Notes: generated from the sequence alone by a model not told the origin. DNA of 55,338 bases from Bacteroidota bacterium (GCA_020049295.1 JAIFLC010000024.1:1-55338), one strand, 5' to 3'. Shown: positions 29,530 through 40,305, counted from the first letter of the stretch. Numbers and translations are program-made.

Positions 29530-30867
29530 TTATCGTACCCAATCATGATTTGCTATCATTAATGCTTCCTGCACAGTAATTCTTGCTCCATTATTATATG
29601 CAGCAACAAATGCATCGTCAATAGATGTTGTGTTCCAAACATGAACCCTGTAATCTCGTGCTGCTTTATAAACATAAAACGAACCTACTGAATATTTTCT
29701 CCATCCTTCGTGAATTTCTGTTCTTACTTCTTTGTCTAGGTTATACTTTTTAAAATATCGATCAATATTAATTGGTTTGTGTCCGGCAGCAATCTGAACT
29801 CTGTAATAAACACCAGTTTCGGGCTCAAGCATTTTGGTAAGCTTTGTATCCTGGCGCAATAGTTTTAATGCACTTTCCGCAATCTCTATCGTAACTTTCC
29901 CAGAATGATTATATGGTTGAGTTATGGGTTCGGATAGTTTTGTTGTTGAAGTCATGGATGACAATACAGCCAAAAGGTTTTCGGAAGATTTATTTGTAAG
30001 GTTTACTTCTTTTTCTTCTATATCGATGCTTAATGTATTATCATTCTCAATAAACGAAAATGTGCCTGCAAGATTAGGTTTGTCGGTTTTTTCAGGCTCC
30101 GGAACCAATTTGTAGGAAACAACAAAATATGGATCATTAGGCATATTCATCCATAACAACTTAACAGTTTGATCTTTAAAAGTAAAAATAGCGTCCTTAT
30201 TATCAATACTCACAGCAGTAAAACCTGCAGGTATAGTTTCTTGTATTTTTGCAAACTTTTCCTTATTTCCTTTATTTACAAGAATATTAACTACATATTC
30301 ATTTAATCCATTTGTTTTATAAGGAGTTTGTCTTATACATTTAACCTGATTTACATCTGCCAAAATGTATGAAGTTGTAACCAGTGGTTTAAAGTCAGCA
30401 ATATCAACTATTAAGTTGGGATCAATACTTGGTGATGGCGTAATGACAATTGTCTTAGGAGTTACATCAACAGATTTTCTTTCATTATCGGCAATATAAG
30501 AGAATCGGCCATCTAGGTTGAAACGGCCTTTTAATCGCTGATCAACCTGTAATTTATATGAAATGGTAATTTCTTGTTCTGCTGGAAGTTTTAGCCAAAT
30601 AAATTTTATTTTCTGGTCGCTAAAACTAAAATCTGCATTAGCTGTATTAACAGGTATAGGAGTTAATCCGGCAGGTATTTCCTGTTGAAATCTTGCAAAA
30701 CTCTCATAGTCTGATTTGCTTAAGGTAATTTCAACATATATCTCACTCCCTGCCTCAACTTGATCTGATGAATGTAATACGAGTGATACTTTATCTGAAA
30801 AAATAGAATTCAGCAAAAGTAAAACACCCATATAAACAAAAACAATTAGCTGTTTTATCATATACAT
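29530..30867 (-). CDS. Exported hypothetical protein with two similar beta-rich domains and a SPOR-like C-terminus
   Basis: Internal duplication FARFQQEIPAG...KFIWL / FAKIQETIPAG...KLLWM; YYRVQIAA...KYSVGSF...DAFVAAYNNG. Confidence 0.7.
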   Translation of the reverse strand: MYMIKQLIVFVYMGVLLLLNSIFSDKVSLVLHSSDQVEAGSEIYVEITLSKSDYESFARFQQEIPAGLTPIPVNTANADFSFSDQKIKFIWLKLPAEQEITISYKLQVDQRLKGRFNLDGRFSYIADNERKSVDVTPKTIVITPSPSIDPNLIVDIADFKPLVTTSYILADVNQVKCIRQTPYKTNGLNEYVVNILVNKGNKEKFAKIQETIPAGFTAVSIDNKDAIFTFKDQTVKLLWMNMPNDPYFVVSYKLVPEPEKTDKPNLAGTFSFIENDNTLSIDIEEKEVNLTNKSSENLLAVLSSMTSTTKLSEPITQPYNHSGKVTIEIAESALKLLRQDTKLTKMLEPETGVYYRVQIAAGHKPINIDRYFKKYNLDKEVRTEIHEGWRKYSVGSFYVYKAARDYRVHVWNTTSIDDAFVAAYNNGARITVQEALMIANHDWVR

Positions 30868-31005
30868 CCCAATTTAATCCACCAAATTATCGAATAAAAA
30901 TAATCAAATAAAGCAATAATAACAAAATATCAACACTAGTTATCAACAATTGTTAATAATCTAATCTGTTTAAAAGCAAAAATATAAGACAACCAAACTA
31001 CAAAA

Positions 31006-31713
31006 TTAAAAGTTGGGACTCAATAAATACTTGGAATAGAACTCATTGATTTTAGCTACTGCTTCATCCGAAGTATCAACAATCGAAATCAAATCGAGAT
31101 CTTTTTCTTTTATATTGTTTTCCTTTGCCAGCATGGTATCACGTATCCATTCTAATAATCCATGCCAGTATTCTGATCCAACCAATATGATTGGGAAATG
31201 ACCTATTTTCTCTGTTTGAATCAACGTAATCGCTTCAAAAAGCTCATCAAGAGTACCAAATCCTCCTGGTAAAACGATAAATCCTTGTGCATATCGAACA
31301 AACATAACTTTACGTACGAAGAAATTCTCGAAACTAATCAATTTATCAGGATCAATAAATAAGTTTGCTGACTGCTCAAAGGGCAGATCAATGTTTAATC
31401 CAACAGATCGTCCATTACCTTTTTTAGCACCCATATTACCGGCTTCCATAATACCTGGACCACCACCTGTAATTACACCATATCCGTGTTGGGTTAATTT
31501 ATAGGCTATCTCTTCAGCAAGTTTAAAGTATTTATTGTCGGGTTTTGTGCGCGCAGAACCAAATATTGAAACACAAGGCCCAATGCGAGCTAACTTGGAA
31601 AATCCCTCGACAAACTCAGCCATTATTTTAAAAATAGTCCATGAATCGGTTGTTTGAATCTCATTCCAAGTCTTGTTATCAAATGCATTCTTTATCAGTT
31701 CTTCGTTATTCAT
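31006..31713 (-). CDS. LOG-family (Rossmann-fold) nucleotide phosphoribohydrolase
   Basis: FGSAR, TGGGPGIMEA, PGGFGTLDE. Confidence 0.93.
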   Translation of the reverse strand: MNNEELIKNAFDNKTWNEIQTTDSWTIFKIMAEFVEGFSKLARIGPCVSIFGSARTKPDNKYFKLAEEIAYKLTQHGYGVITGGGPGIMEAGNMGAKKGNGRSVGLNIDLPFEQSANLFIDPDKLISFENFFVRKVMFVRYAQGFIVLPGGFGTLDELFEAITLIQTEKIGHFPIILVGSEYWHGLLEWIRDTMLAKENNIKEKDLDLISIVDTSDEAVAKINEFYSKYLLSPNF

Positions 31714-31765
31714 AATTTCTGGTTTATTTGGTTGATTGACTAAATTACACTATTTTATTTAATTC

Positions 31766-34624
31766 TTAGATTAGTTCATTAATTAAAAAAGGAGATGTAT
31801 AACTTTGTTTATTCTTACAAATCTCTTCGGGTGTTCCTGTGCATAATATTTCGCCACCATTGCGTCCTCCCTCTTTGCCCATATCAATAATATGATCGGC
31901 CATTTTTATTACATCCATATTATGTTCGATGACAATAATTGTGTTTCCCTTATCGACTAAACTATTAAGTACCCCTAATAATATTCGTGTATCTTCAAAA
32001 TGCAATCCGGTAGTTGGTTCATCGAGAATATACAATGTATTTCCTGTGCTACGTTTCGCCAGTTCGGTTGCCAGCTTTACTCGCTGTGATTCGCCCCCCG
32101 ACAATGTTGTGGATGCTTGACCAAGGGTAATATAACCAAGTCCTACTTCCTGTAAAGCTTTTATTTTTTGTTTTATATTAGGAACCTGCTGAAAGAACTC
32201 AAGAGACTGGCTAATTGTCATATCGAGTACATCGCTAATAGATTTACCTTTGAATTTCACTTCAAGCGTTTCCCTATTGTACCTTTTGCCATTACAATCC
32301 TTACAATGTACATACACATCGGGTAAAAAATTCATTTCGATAGTTTGTACTCCTGCTCCCTGACAAGTTTCGCAGCGACCACCCTTCACATTAAATGAAA
32401 ACCGACCAGCTTTATAACCTCTTATCTTTGATTCGGGCGTTTGTTCATATAATTTACGGATATCAGTAAATACGTTTGTATATGTTGCCGGGTTTGATCG
32501 TGGAGTTCTGCCCAAAGGTGATTGATCAACTTCAATAACCTTATCAATATTTTTTATTCCTTCTATCGAATCATACTCGAGAGGTGTTGAGTGTGATCTG
32601 TAAAAATGCTTGCTCAGGATCGGATGTAATGTTTCATTTATTAATGATGATTTTCCGCTTCCCGAGACACCTGTAACACAGATAAATAATCCCAGAGGAA
32701 ACTCAGCTGTTATATTTTTTAAGTTATGTCCGCGAGCACCTTTAATGATAATGCTCCTTCCATTTCCCTTTCGCCGTTCTTTTGGAACTTCTATGGTTTT
32801 TCTATGGTTTAAATACTCCGATGTAAGTGTATTTGATTTTAAAATTTCTTCCGGAGTACCTGCAGCAACAACTTTACCACCGTGTCGTCCAGCTTTGGGT
32901 CCCATATCTACAATATAATCAGCCGAAAGAATCATTTCTTTATCATGTTCTACAACGATAACGGAATTCCCTGAATCGCGAAGCTGTTTAAGTGAATTAA
33001 TTAGTTTCTGGTTATCTCGCTGATGAAGACCTATACTTGGCTCATCAAGAATATATAATACATTTACTAGTTTAGAACCAACTTGGGTAGCTAATCTAAT
33101 TCTTTGACTCTCACCGCCTGATAAACTGCGCGATGTTCTATTTAACGAAAGATAATTCAACCCTACATCGAGTAAAAATGATAATCGTTCCCTTATTTCT
33201 TTAATTACATCGCGAGCTATAAGCTTTTGTTTATCTGATAATAACTTCCCAACATCAGAAAACCATTGATATAGCTGATCAATATCCATTTCGGACAATT
33301 CAGCGATATTTTTCTCTGCAATTTTAAAAAACAATGATTCCTTTTTAAGTCTTTTGCCATTGCATTCGGGACAAATTACTTTCTCAATATATCGATCTGT
33401 CCAACTTTTGCTATCTTCTCCAAAACTGTCAGTTTGGTAATTACTTATGTAATTAATAATTCCTTCAAAATTTAGAAAATAGTTCGACGACATACCCAAA
33501 GGCGTATTTATTAGCTTGAACGACTCGTCGGAACCATACAAAATAATATTTAGAGCATTTTCGGGTATTTCTTTAATTGGAGTATCGAGGGTGAACTTAT
33601 ATTTTACCGCAATTGCTTCCATTTGCCAAAATATGAGTATGTTCTTGTATTTGCCCAAAGGCAAAATACCCCCATTTTTAATACTAAGATTGGTATCTGG
33701 GATTATCTTCTTTGCATCTATCTGGCTTACCGTACCTAATCCACTGCAAGTTGGACAAGCTCCCTGTGGCGAATTAAAAGAGAAAGTATGAGGAGCTGGT
33801 TCATTATATGAGATACCCGTAGTAGGACACATTAGTTTTCGGCTAAAATATTTTACTTCTTCGGTATCCTTTTCCATAACCATAATAATACCTTTGCCAT
33901 GCTCCATAGCTGTTTGAACAGTTCTTTTCAAACGGGTTTCATCTTTTTTATCTACGTTGAGCTTATCGATTACTATTTCAATAAAATGAGTTTTATATCT
34001 ATCGAGCCGTAACCCATGAACCAGTTCTTTTATTTCGCCATTTATCCTGGCATAGATGAATCCTTTTTTTCGAATCTGTTCAAAAAGTTCTTTATAATGT
34101 CCTTTACGACCCTGCACCAGAGGAGCCAAAATAAGAATGTTTTTTTCGCTGAACTTTTCAACAATGAGTTGAATGATCTGATCATCGGAATATTTAATCA
34201 TTTTTTCACCGGTTGCATGCGAATAAGCATCTGATGCGCGTGCAAAAAGCAACCGTAAAAAGTCATAAATTTCGGTTACCGTGCCAACAGTAGAACGGGG
34301 ATTTTTATTGGTAGTTTTTTGTTCAATTGAGATTACAGGGCTTAATCCGGTTATTTGATCTACATCGGGTCGTTCCATGTTTCCTAAAAACTGGCGGGCA
34401 TAAGCCGAAAGCGTTTCGATATACCTTCGCTGACCCTCAGCATATATTGTATCAAAGGCGAGTGATGATTTTCCACTTCCACTCAATCCTGTAATTACAG
34501 TCAGTTTATTTCGTGGAATAGTAACATCAATATTTTTTAAATTGTGAACTCTGGCTCCAAGAACCACTATTTCATCTCTCTGTTCGATCTCCAAATCTTC
34601 GTATTGGGTATTTTGGTTGTTCAA
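31766..34624 (-). CDS. uvrA: Excinuclease ABC subunit A
   Basis: Two ABC ATPase modules ([23 protein letters not shown]), Zn fingers; TTG start. Confidence 0.98.
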   Translation of the reverse strand: MNNQNTQYEDLEIEQRDEIVVLGARVHNLKNIDVTIPRNKLTVITGLSGSGKSSLAFDTIYAEGQRRYIETLSAYARQFLGNMERPDVDQITGLSPVISIEQKTTNKNPRSTVGTVTEIYDFLRLLFARASDAYSHATGEKMIKYSDDQIIQLIVEKFSEKNILILAPLVQGRKGHYKELFEQIRKKGFIYARINGEIKELVHGLRLDRYKTHFIEIVIDKLNVDKKDETRLKRTVQTAMEHGKGIIMVMEKDTEEVKYFSRKLMCPTTGISYNEPAPHTFSFNSPQGACPTCSGLGTVSQIDAKKIIPDTNLSIKNGGILPLGKYKNILIFWQMEAIAVKYKFTLDTPIKEIPENALNIILYGSDESFKLINTPLGMSSNYFLNFEGIINYISNYQTDSFGEDSKSWTDRYIEKVICPECNGKRLKKESLFFKIAEKNIAELSEMDIDQLYQWFSDVGKLLSDKQKLIARDVIKEIRERLSFLLDVGLNYLSLNRTSRSLSGGESQRIRLATQVGSKLVNVLYILDEPSIGLHQRDNQKLINSLKQLRDSGNSVIVVEHDKEMILSADYIVDMGPKAGRHGGKVVAAGTPEEILKSNTLTSEYLNHRKTIEVPKERRKGNGRSIIIKGARGHNLKNITAEFPLGLFICVTGVSGSGKSSLINETLHPILSKHFYRSHSTPLEYDSIEGIKNIDKVIEVDQSPLGRTPRSNPATYTNVFTDIRKLYEQTPESKIRGYKAGRFSFNVKGGRCETCQGAGVQTIEMNFLPDVYVHCKDCNGKRYNRETLEVKFKGKSISDVLDMTISQSLEFFQQVPNIKQKIKALQEVGLGYITLGQASTTLSGGESQRVKLATELAKRSTGNTLYILDEPTTGLHFEDTRILLGVLNSLVDKGNTIIVIEHNMDVIKMADHIIDMGKEGGRNGGEILCTGTPEEICKNKQSYTSPFLINELI

Positions 34625-34646
34625 ATTAAAACTCCTTTGGCAATTT

Positions 34647-35663
34647 TTAGTTTTCTACAAAAGTAGTATCAATTTTAATTTGATCCATGATTTTTGAATA
34701 ACTTCTGAATCCCTTTTCAGGGATTTTAATTGAATATTCTTTATTCGTGTTATTCTCGAGAAAGGTATCGCGTAACCAGGGATTAAAATATTTCAAAATT
34801 TTGTAATTAATCTCTATTTTCTGTGCAAAATCAGCAAAATTCGAGATTGATGTATCTATTTTAATATCGTAGGTAGGAATTGGATGATACAAGTCTTTTT
34901 CGCGAAGATGAAAACCATAATTCTTCGGGTTTTCAAGAATTAGTTTAATGGCTACAATTCGATAAACATAGCGTGCTGTTTCATCACTAAAAAGCAGGTC
35001 ATAATAATCAGATTGACCCTGACGATTTACCTGTCGGGCTAATCCTTTTCGTCCCATATTATATGCTGCAGCAGCCATTGTCCAGCTTCCAAAAAGCACT
35101 TTTGAGTCTTTTAAAAATTTACATGCGGCTATAGTTGATTTTTCGAGATGATATCTTTCGTCTACAATATCGTTAACTTCAAGACCATAATCTTTTGCGG
35201 TACCTTCGAGCAATTGCCACACACCTACAGCCCCAGCAGGAGAAACTTGATTTCTCAGATCGCTTTCGGCCAATACAAGATACTTAAAGTCATCAGGGAT
35301 TTCGTTTTCTTCTAATATTTTTTCTATTTCGGGAAAATATCTGCTGGCTCTTTTCATAAATAAAATCGTTTGCGATTGCCAGTATGTATTCACCAAAATT
35401 TCTCTGTCGAGCGCTTCGCGAACATCAAAATGATCGAGAGGAACTTCTTCGTTGGCAAATGTTACATGATCAGGGAGGTCAATAGCAAAAACAGAATACT
35501 TGCGCAGAAAAATATCTCGGTATTCTTTATCATCAGAATCATTCCCTGTTTTAGAGTAACTAAAAATAACGATAGCCAAAATAAGTCCAACAAATGAGAT
35601 TATTGGTATTCCAACCTTGTACCAAATTGTGTATGGGGATTTTTTAAGGTTATTATTTATCAT
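34647..35663 (-). CDS. Lytic transglycosylase (SLT / MltD-like)
   Basis: LAES, GAVGVWQ, AAAAYNMG, ETARYV; N-terminal TM. Confidence 0.92.
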   Translation of the reverse strand: MINNNLKKSPYTIWYKVGIPIISFVGLILAIVIFSYSKTGNDSDDKEYRDIFLRKYSVFAIDLPDHVTFANEEVPLDHFDVREALDREILVNTYWQSQTILFMKRASRYFPEIEKILEENEIPDDFKYLVLAESDLRNQVSPAGAVGVWQLLEGTAKDYGLEVNDIVDERYHLEKSTIAACKFLKDSKVLFGSWTMAAAAYNMGRKGLARQVNRQGQSDYYDLLFSDETARYVYRIVAIKLILENPKNYGFHLREKDLYHPIPTYDIKIDTSISNFADFAQKIEINYKILKYFNPWLRDTFLENNTNKEYSIKIPEKGFRSYSKIMDQIKIDTTFVEN

Positions 35664-35747
35664 TTACTATCAATATAAAAAAATTCTTTACAGAAAACTC
35701 TTTACGACAAGGTTAAAAACAATACTGATTTTTACCTCAGAAAAGAT

Positions 35748-37121
35748 TTATAAAGATAAACAAAAACCCGAGAATATGGATATTGAATAAGGATGAGACT
35801 TAATTTCTGTATCGGTATTAATTGCATTAATATAATATTTAAAGCCCGGTTCAAGCCTGAATACCAACTTATTAGCCAACGGTAGCTCAATACCAAAGCC
35901 CAAATTGCCAGTATAGTTGGTTTCTCTTATACTTTTGGTTTCTCCAATATTTGTCTCTGTTTCATTAATTATCAGGTACACTTGATTACCAACAAGAAAA
36001 CTTGCACTCATACCTGCAGTTAAGTTCAAATCAATTTTTTTATCAATAAGCTTATACCTAAATAAAAGTGGCACGTCTATATATTCGAAGTTCTGCTGAA
36101 CTTTTGATTCGAGTGGGTTTAGTGATGGGTCATTTGGATCAAAGAAAAACTTGCTGTCCGAACTTGTATTTACTCTTATATTCGTTTGATCGACAAAAAC
36201 ATATTTAGAGTTTATATTAATATTTCCAACCGAATTGGTAAGTGTAATAGAACTTAAATAGTTTTCTTTATATGCAGGGGCTGCATTATCATAGCTTTTA
36301 TTATCATATATAGTCATATTTCCAATGCTTTGGCCCATTTTGGCATAATATATTCCTGTCTGAATAGTTAGTCTTTTTAAGGCTTTGTATTGAATATTAA
36401 CTCCGCCAGAAAAGGTTTTAACAGGGTTTTCTACTGTATTGAAATAAGCCACACTTTCCTGATTACCAGAACTGCTTAAATGACGGTATGAATATGATGG
36501 CGCAAAATCAATACCCACAGACCATTTATCTCTATTCCTGATTTTAGAGTTTGTATTCAGCGCTAATAAATCAGTTGAATTTTGTTGTGTCGATTTTTGA
36601 TGTTGCTTATAATCAAACTCTTTAATAGTTAACGAATTTTTTGAAACAAGCATGGTTATTGCTTTGTTTTTCAGTTTAATAAGTTTATTATCAGAAATTG
36701 ACAACGCAATATCTTTATCCGAATCTGCTTTATCACTTACAATCTCGGTTTTCAGGTTATTTACAGGATTAAAAACTGATGCAATTGATCTATTTGATGA
36801 CTGAACTGTTGCAGCAACAGGCTGGATTGTTTCCTTAGTAATTACATTATTATTCTCAATTTTTTGATTTAATTCAGAAACATTATTTTCATCAATAATA
36901 AATGAGTTGTTTAGTTTATACAACGAGAATAATGTAGCCGATACAGCAATAATTGCAATACTTGCAGCAGCGATATATCGAATTGGAATAATTCGTTTTG
37001 ATTTGGATTGCAGTATAAGTTGATTTTCAATATTTGTCCAAATATCATCCGGGGCCTTGATTTTTATATTATCCAGCTTTTCCCTAAAAACATGATCCAT
37101 TTTTTTATCCGTATTTCCCAT
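35748..37121 (-). CDS. Putative anti-sigma factor with single TM helix and C-terminal outer-membrane beta-barrel
   Basis: N-terminal DHVFREKL...APDDIWTNIE, TM (YIAAASIAIIAVSATLF), polar linker, barrel strands (EYIDVPLLFRY); starts 2 nt after the ECF gene. Confidence 0.8.
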   Translation of the reverse strand: MGNTDKKMDHVFREKLDNIKIKAPDDIWTNIENQLILQSKSKRIIPIRYIAAASIAIIAVSATLFSLYKLNNSFIIDENNVSELNQKIENNNVITKETIQPVAATVQSSNRSIASVFNPVNNLKTEIVSDKADSDKDIALSISDNKLIKLKNKAITMLVSKNSLTIKEFDYKQHQKSTQQNSTDLLALNTNSKIRNRDKWSVGIDFAPSYSYRHLSSSGNQESVAYFNTVENPVKTFSGGVNIQYKALKRLTIQTGIYYAKMGQSIGNMTIYDNKSYDNAAPAYKENYLSSITLTNSVGNININSKYVFVDQTNIRVNTSSDSKFFFDPNDPSLNPLESKVQQNFEYIDVPLLFRYKLIDKKIDLNLTAGMSASFLVGNQVYLIINETETNIGETKSIRETNYTGNLGFGIELPLANKLVFRLEPGFKYYINAINTDTEIKSHPYSISIFSGFCLSL

Positions 37122-37123
37122 TA

Positions 37124-37675
37124 TTAGCTGAAATTTACTGTTACACCATAATGTTTGTTAACTTTATCTTTTAATATTTCCCTTGCTCTCGATAGGTTCG
37201 ATTTTGATGTTCCTTCCTTAATATTCATAATATCGCTTATTTCTTTATGTGTATAGCCTTCAATAGCATAAAGATTAAACACCATGCGATATTGCGGCGA
37301 CAACTCCTGAATAAGTTTTAATAAGTCGGCTGCCGATAAATCGCTCAAAATATGATCGTACTCTGAATCGCCTGCTTCATAGTTTTGAGTCATACTAACA
37401 GCAAACAGATAATTCTTATCCCTGAATTTTTCAAGAGCCGTATTTACAATAATACGTCGAACCCAACCTTCGAAAGAACCTTTGAAATTAAACTGGTTTA
37501 AATGCAAAAACACTTTAATAAATCCATCCTGCAAAATATCTTTTGCCTCATCAACATTTGAAGCGTATCTTAAACACACTCCATACATCTTATCAGCAAA
37601 CATCTGATAAAGTGTTTTCTGAGCAATCCTATCGCTTTTTATACAAGCTTTTATTATTTCAGGAAGCTTATCCAA
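37124..37675 (-). CDS. ECF-type RNA polymerase sigma-70 factor
   Basis: AKDILQDGFIKVF, SFEGWVRRI, LSPQYRMVFNL, GTSKSNLSRAR. Start uncertain; TTG at 37675 preferred over 37732. Confidence 0.93.
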   Translation of the reverse strand: MDKLPEIIKACIKSDRIAQKTLYQMFADKMYGVCLRYASNVDEAKDILQDGFIKVFLHLNQFNFKGSFEGWVRRIIVNTALEKFRDKNYLFAVSMTQNYEAGDSEYDHILSDLSAADLLKLIQELSPQYRMVFNLYAIEGYTHKEISDIMNIKEGTSKSNLSRAREILKDKVNKHYGVTVNFS

Positions 37676-37758
37676 TTTTATATCCAGTTTATACAAATTT
37701 ATGAATAATTTCCTCCTACAAAAAGCTTGCAAATTTTTTTTATTGCGAATTCATTTTT

Positions 37759-37786
37759 TAGATGGTAAATAGTGATAAATAGTTGC
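37759..37786 (-). promoter_or_regulatory. Putative ECF promoter GCAACT-N16-CATCTA facing the sigma gene
   Basis: + strand tagatg 37759-37764 and agttgc 37781-37786. Confidence 0.72.
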
Positions 37787-37808
37787 GTTAAATATTTCAC
37801 TTGATATA

Positions 37809-37836
37809 GCAACCTTTAATTTGTAATTTGCATCTA
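37809..37836 (+). promoter_or_regulatory. Putative ECF promoter GCAACC-N16-CATCTA facing the serpin gene
   Basis: gcaacc 37809-37814 and catcta 37831-37836. Confidence 0.75.
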
Positions 37837-37869
37837 TATTTGCCTGATTGTTAATGAAGAAGAAAAACT

Positions 37870-39093
37870 ATGTTAAATAAATTAAGATTTTTAAGCAAAT
37901 ATTTTATATATTGTATTGTAATACTGATTATTACGTCATGTGAAGATGAAGATCTTGATAGTTCTTTTGAACAGATTATTCTTTCTAATCAGGATAAAGT
38001 GCTTGTTAGCTCAGCAAATAATTTGGGATTTGATATTTTGAAACTTTCAATCATATCCAAATCAAACGAAAATTTTATCATCTCTCCATTCGAATTATCC
38101 TCAACCCTAAATCTTTTATTAAATGGGTCAACAGGTTCAACATATGAATCTATTAATTCGTATATAAATCCTTCAAATCTATCTGTTGACGAGATTAATA
38201 ATTCATATAAACGAATATATGAGGCCATTACAAACCTGTCAAATAATGAAATAATTCTTTTAAATGGATTTTGGTTTGATAGCAATAGCGGGATTAATCA
38301 TCAGTTTGGAAACATAAGCAGTTATTTCTACAAGACTTATATCGATTCGATTGATTTTGCCGTTTCATCAGAATATAACCATATAAGTAATTGGCTGTAT
38401 TCTAATTCCCAATATACGTTAGAATTTACAAACCCTGGATTAAGTGCTCAAACGCAGTCATTATTAATTAATGGATTTACCTGCAGTTTGGATTTCAAAT
38501 ATTTTTTTCAGGAAAGCTTTTCAGGAGTGTTTTATTTACCTGAAACGGATACGATGAAATTACCAATGCTAAGAGTAACCCAGAGTTTTAATTATTTTAG
38601 CCATGATTATTTCGACTTAATTGAAATACCATATTCCAATAGTAGTTTTAGCCTTCTCATTGTATTACCCAAACCAGATATAACGCTAGATTATGTTTTA
38701 CCATTAATAAATTCAGTTAACTGGGACACATGGATTAATAATTTCACAAAAACTAATATTGCATTAGCTCTGCCTGAGTTTAACCAATTGGCTTCTATTG
38801 AAATGGGCAGATATTTAGAAAATTCGCCATTTAGTTTTATGGTATCAGAATCAACTGATTTTTATGGAATTACCAGTAGCAATTATTTTAAAATTGATTA
38901 TTTATTATCTCAAACAAATTTTAAGATACAAGATAATCGATTAAACTTTTTAAGGTCAGATAACAACAACCAAAACACATTAATCGAAGATTATGTAGAG
39001 TTTAATGTTAATAAACCATTTTTATTTGCAGTAAAAGAGAATAGTTCCAACCTGGTTTTATCGACAGGAATAATAAATAATCCATTAAATTAA
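37870..39093 (+). CDS. Serpin-fold lipoprotein, probably non-inhibitory
   Basis: Lipobox ITSC; NFIISPF, IEIPY, IVLP, LALPEF, FNVNKPFLFAVKE...GIINNP; no EEGTEAAA hinge. Confidence 0.85.
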   Translation: MLNKLRFLSKYFIYCIVILIITSCEDEDLDSSFEQIILSNQDKVLVSSANNLGFDILKLSIISKSNENFIISPFELSSTLNLLLNGSTGSTYESINSYINPSNLSVDEINNSYKRIYEAITNLSNNEIILLNGFWFDSNSGINHQFGNISSYFYKTYIDSIDFAVSSEYNHISNWLYSNSQYTLEFTNPGLSAQTQSLLINGFTCSLDFKYFFQESFSGVFYLPETDTMKLPMLRVTQSFNYFSHDYFDLIEIPYSNSSFSLLIVLPKPDITLDYVLPLINSVNWDTWINNFTKTNIALALPEFNQLASIEMGRYLENSPFSFMVSESTDFYGITSSNYFKIDYLLSQTNFKIQDNRLNFLRSDNNNQNTLIEDYVEFNVNKPFLFAVKENSSNLVLSTGIINNPLN

Positions 39094-39108
39094 TTAAACC
39101 TAACCTAT

Positions 39109-39291
39109 ATGAAACCAAATATTACAAATAAGCCGGAGTATACAAAAAGCTACAATCTTGGAGTAATAATAATTTTTATTCTTGTAACTATTTTATTTGT
39201 TATTTCTTTTGCAAAGAGCAGCTATAGGTATGAATTATTTGAAAATAAGAAGATTGTAAAATCTGAAAATATAAATTCAATTAATAAATAA
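39109..39291 (+). CDS. Small single-TM hypothetical protein
   Basis: 60 aa with one hydrophobic helix, 15 nt after the serpin stop. Confidence 0.5.
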   Translation: MKPNITNKPEYTKSYNLGVIIIFILVTILFVISFAKSSYRYELFENKKIVKSENINSINK

Positions 39292-39384
39292 ATTCTATAT
39301 ACTTCAGTGTAAGATTAGAAATATTTTTTTTAACTTCGCTTTCAATTTTAAAAACTCAATTAATTAATTTAAAAAAACAACGTT

Positions 39385-40188
39385 ATGAGAAAGATTAAAA
39401 CTATTTTAGGATTTTGTGCAGCAGCAGTTCTATTATTTGCTGCATGCGAAGAGGTAGAATCAACAGATCTAACACTAGACTTAACCAAAAAAGCTACCGT
39501 TAGAGCCTATGTTTATGCTCAGTTAGATCAAACTATTCAGGGATTGGAATTTGCTCCTAATGGAACAAAAATTATTGTTTCTATTCCTAATAGTGCTTTC
39601 AATTCATCTGCAAGTGGTAACTGGGTTGATACGGCAACAATTACAAATGGATTAGTTCAGATTACAGTACCTGCTACAAATGCTGGAGTTACAGTTACAT
39701 TTACTCCTGCAGAGTTTACTTATGAGCAAGTTCAGGCGTTTGGCTCAAACTCTGCTACTATTTTAAAATTATACAAATCAACCACGCCAGGCAGTCTAAG
39801 TACTGTAAAACCAAGCCAGATTCGTACACACGAAATTAATTACGATGATATTACAGCCTTTGATAACTTTGTTGAAAAAGTAGATCTTAAATTCGAAGGT
39901 TATGCAGATGTTGACGAAAATGTAGCTGGTGAATTTATTCCAGCAAGCACTTTGATTAATGTGTACACTTCAACATGGTCAACTACAGTTACCGTTGGAG
40001 CAGCTGGCCGTTTTGATGTAAGCGTTCCTAAAAGTGAAATTATTTATTTCCAATTCGAAGCAAATAAAGCGCTAGTTGGTCCTCCAGCTGAAGTAAAAAA
40101 ATATAAATATACATCAGCCTATGTTGCACCAAGTGCCTCAACACCGGTAGTTCAAACACTTGGTTTTACTGATGAGGTTTGGGAATAA
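39385..40188 (+). CDS. Hypothetical beta-rich lipoprotein
   Basis: Lipobox FAAC followed by acidic EEVE; Thr/Val/Ala-rich. Confidence 0.8.
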   Translation: MRKIKTILGFCAAAVLLFAACEEVESTDLTLDLTKKATVRAYVYAQLDQTIQGLEFAPNGTKIIVSIPNSAFNSSASGNWVDTATITNGLVQITVPATNAGVTVTFTPAEFTYEQVQAFGSNSATILKLYKSTTPGSLSTVKPSQIRTHEINYDDITAFDNFVEKVDLKFEGYADVDENVAGEFIPASTLINVYTSTWSTTVTVGAAGRFDVSVPKSEIIYFQFEANKALVGPPAEVKKYKYTSAYVAPSASTPVVQTLGFTDEVWE

Positions 40189-40305
40189 TCTATTAAAGTG
40201 AAAATTAAATTTATTTAAGTAACTCATAATAAATAGATTTCGTTTTTCTAATTACTCAGAAACCAAATGAAGTATATTTATTAGCTTAACAAAAAAAAAG
40301 TAAAG

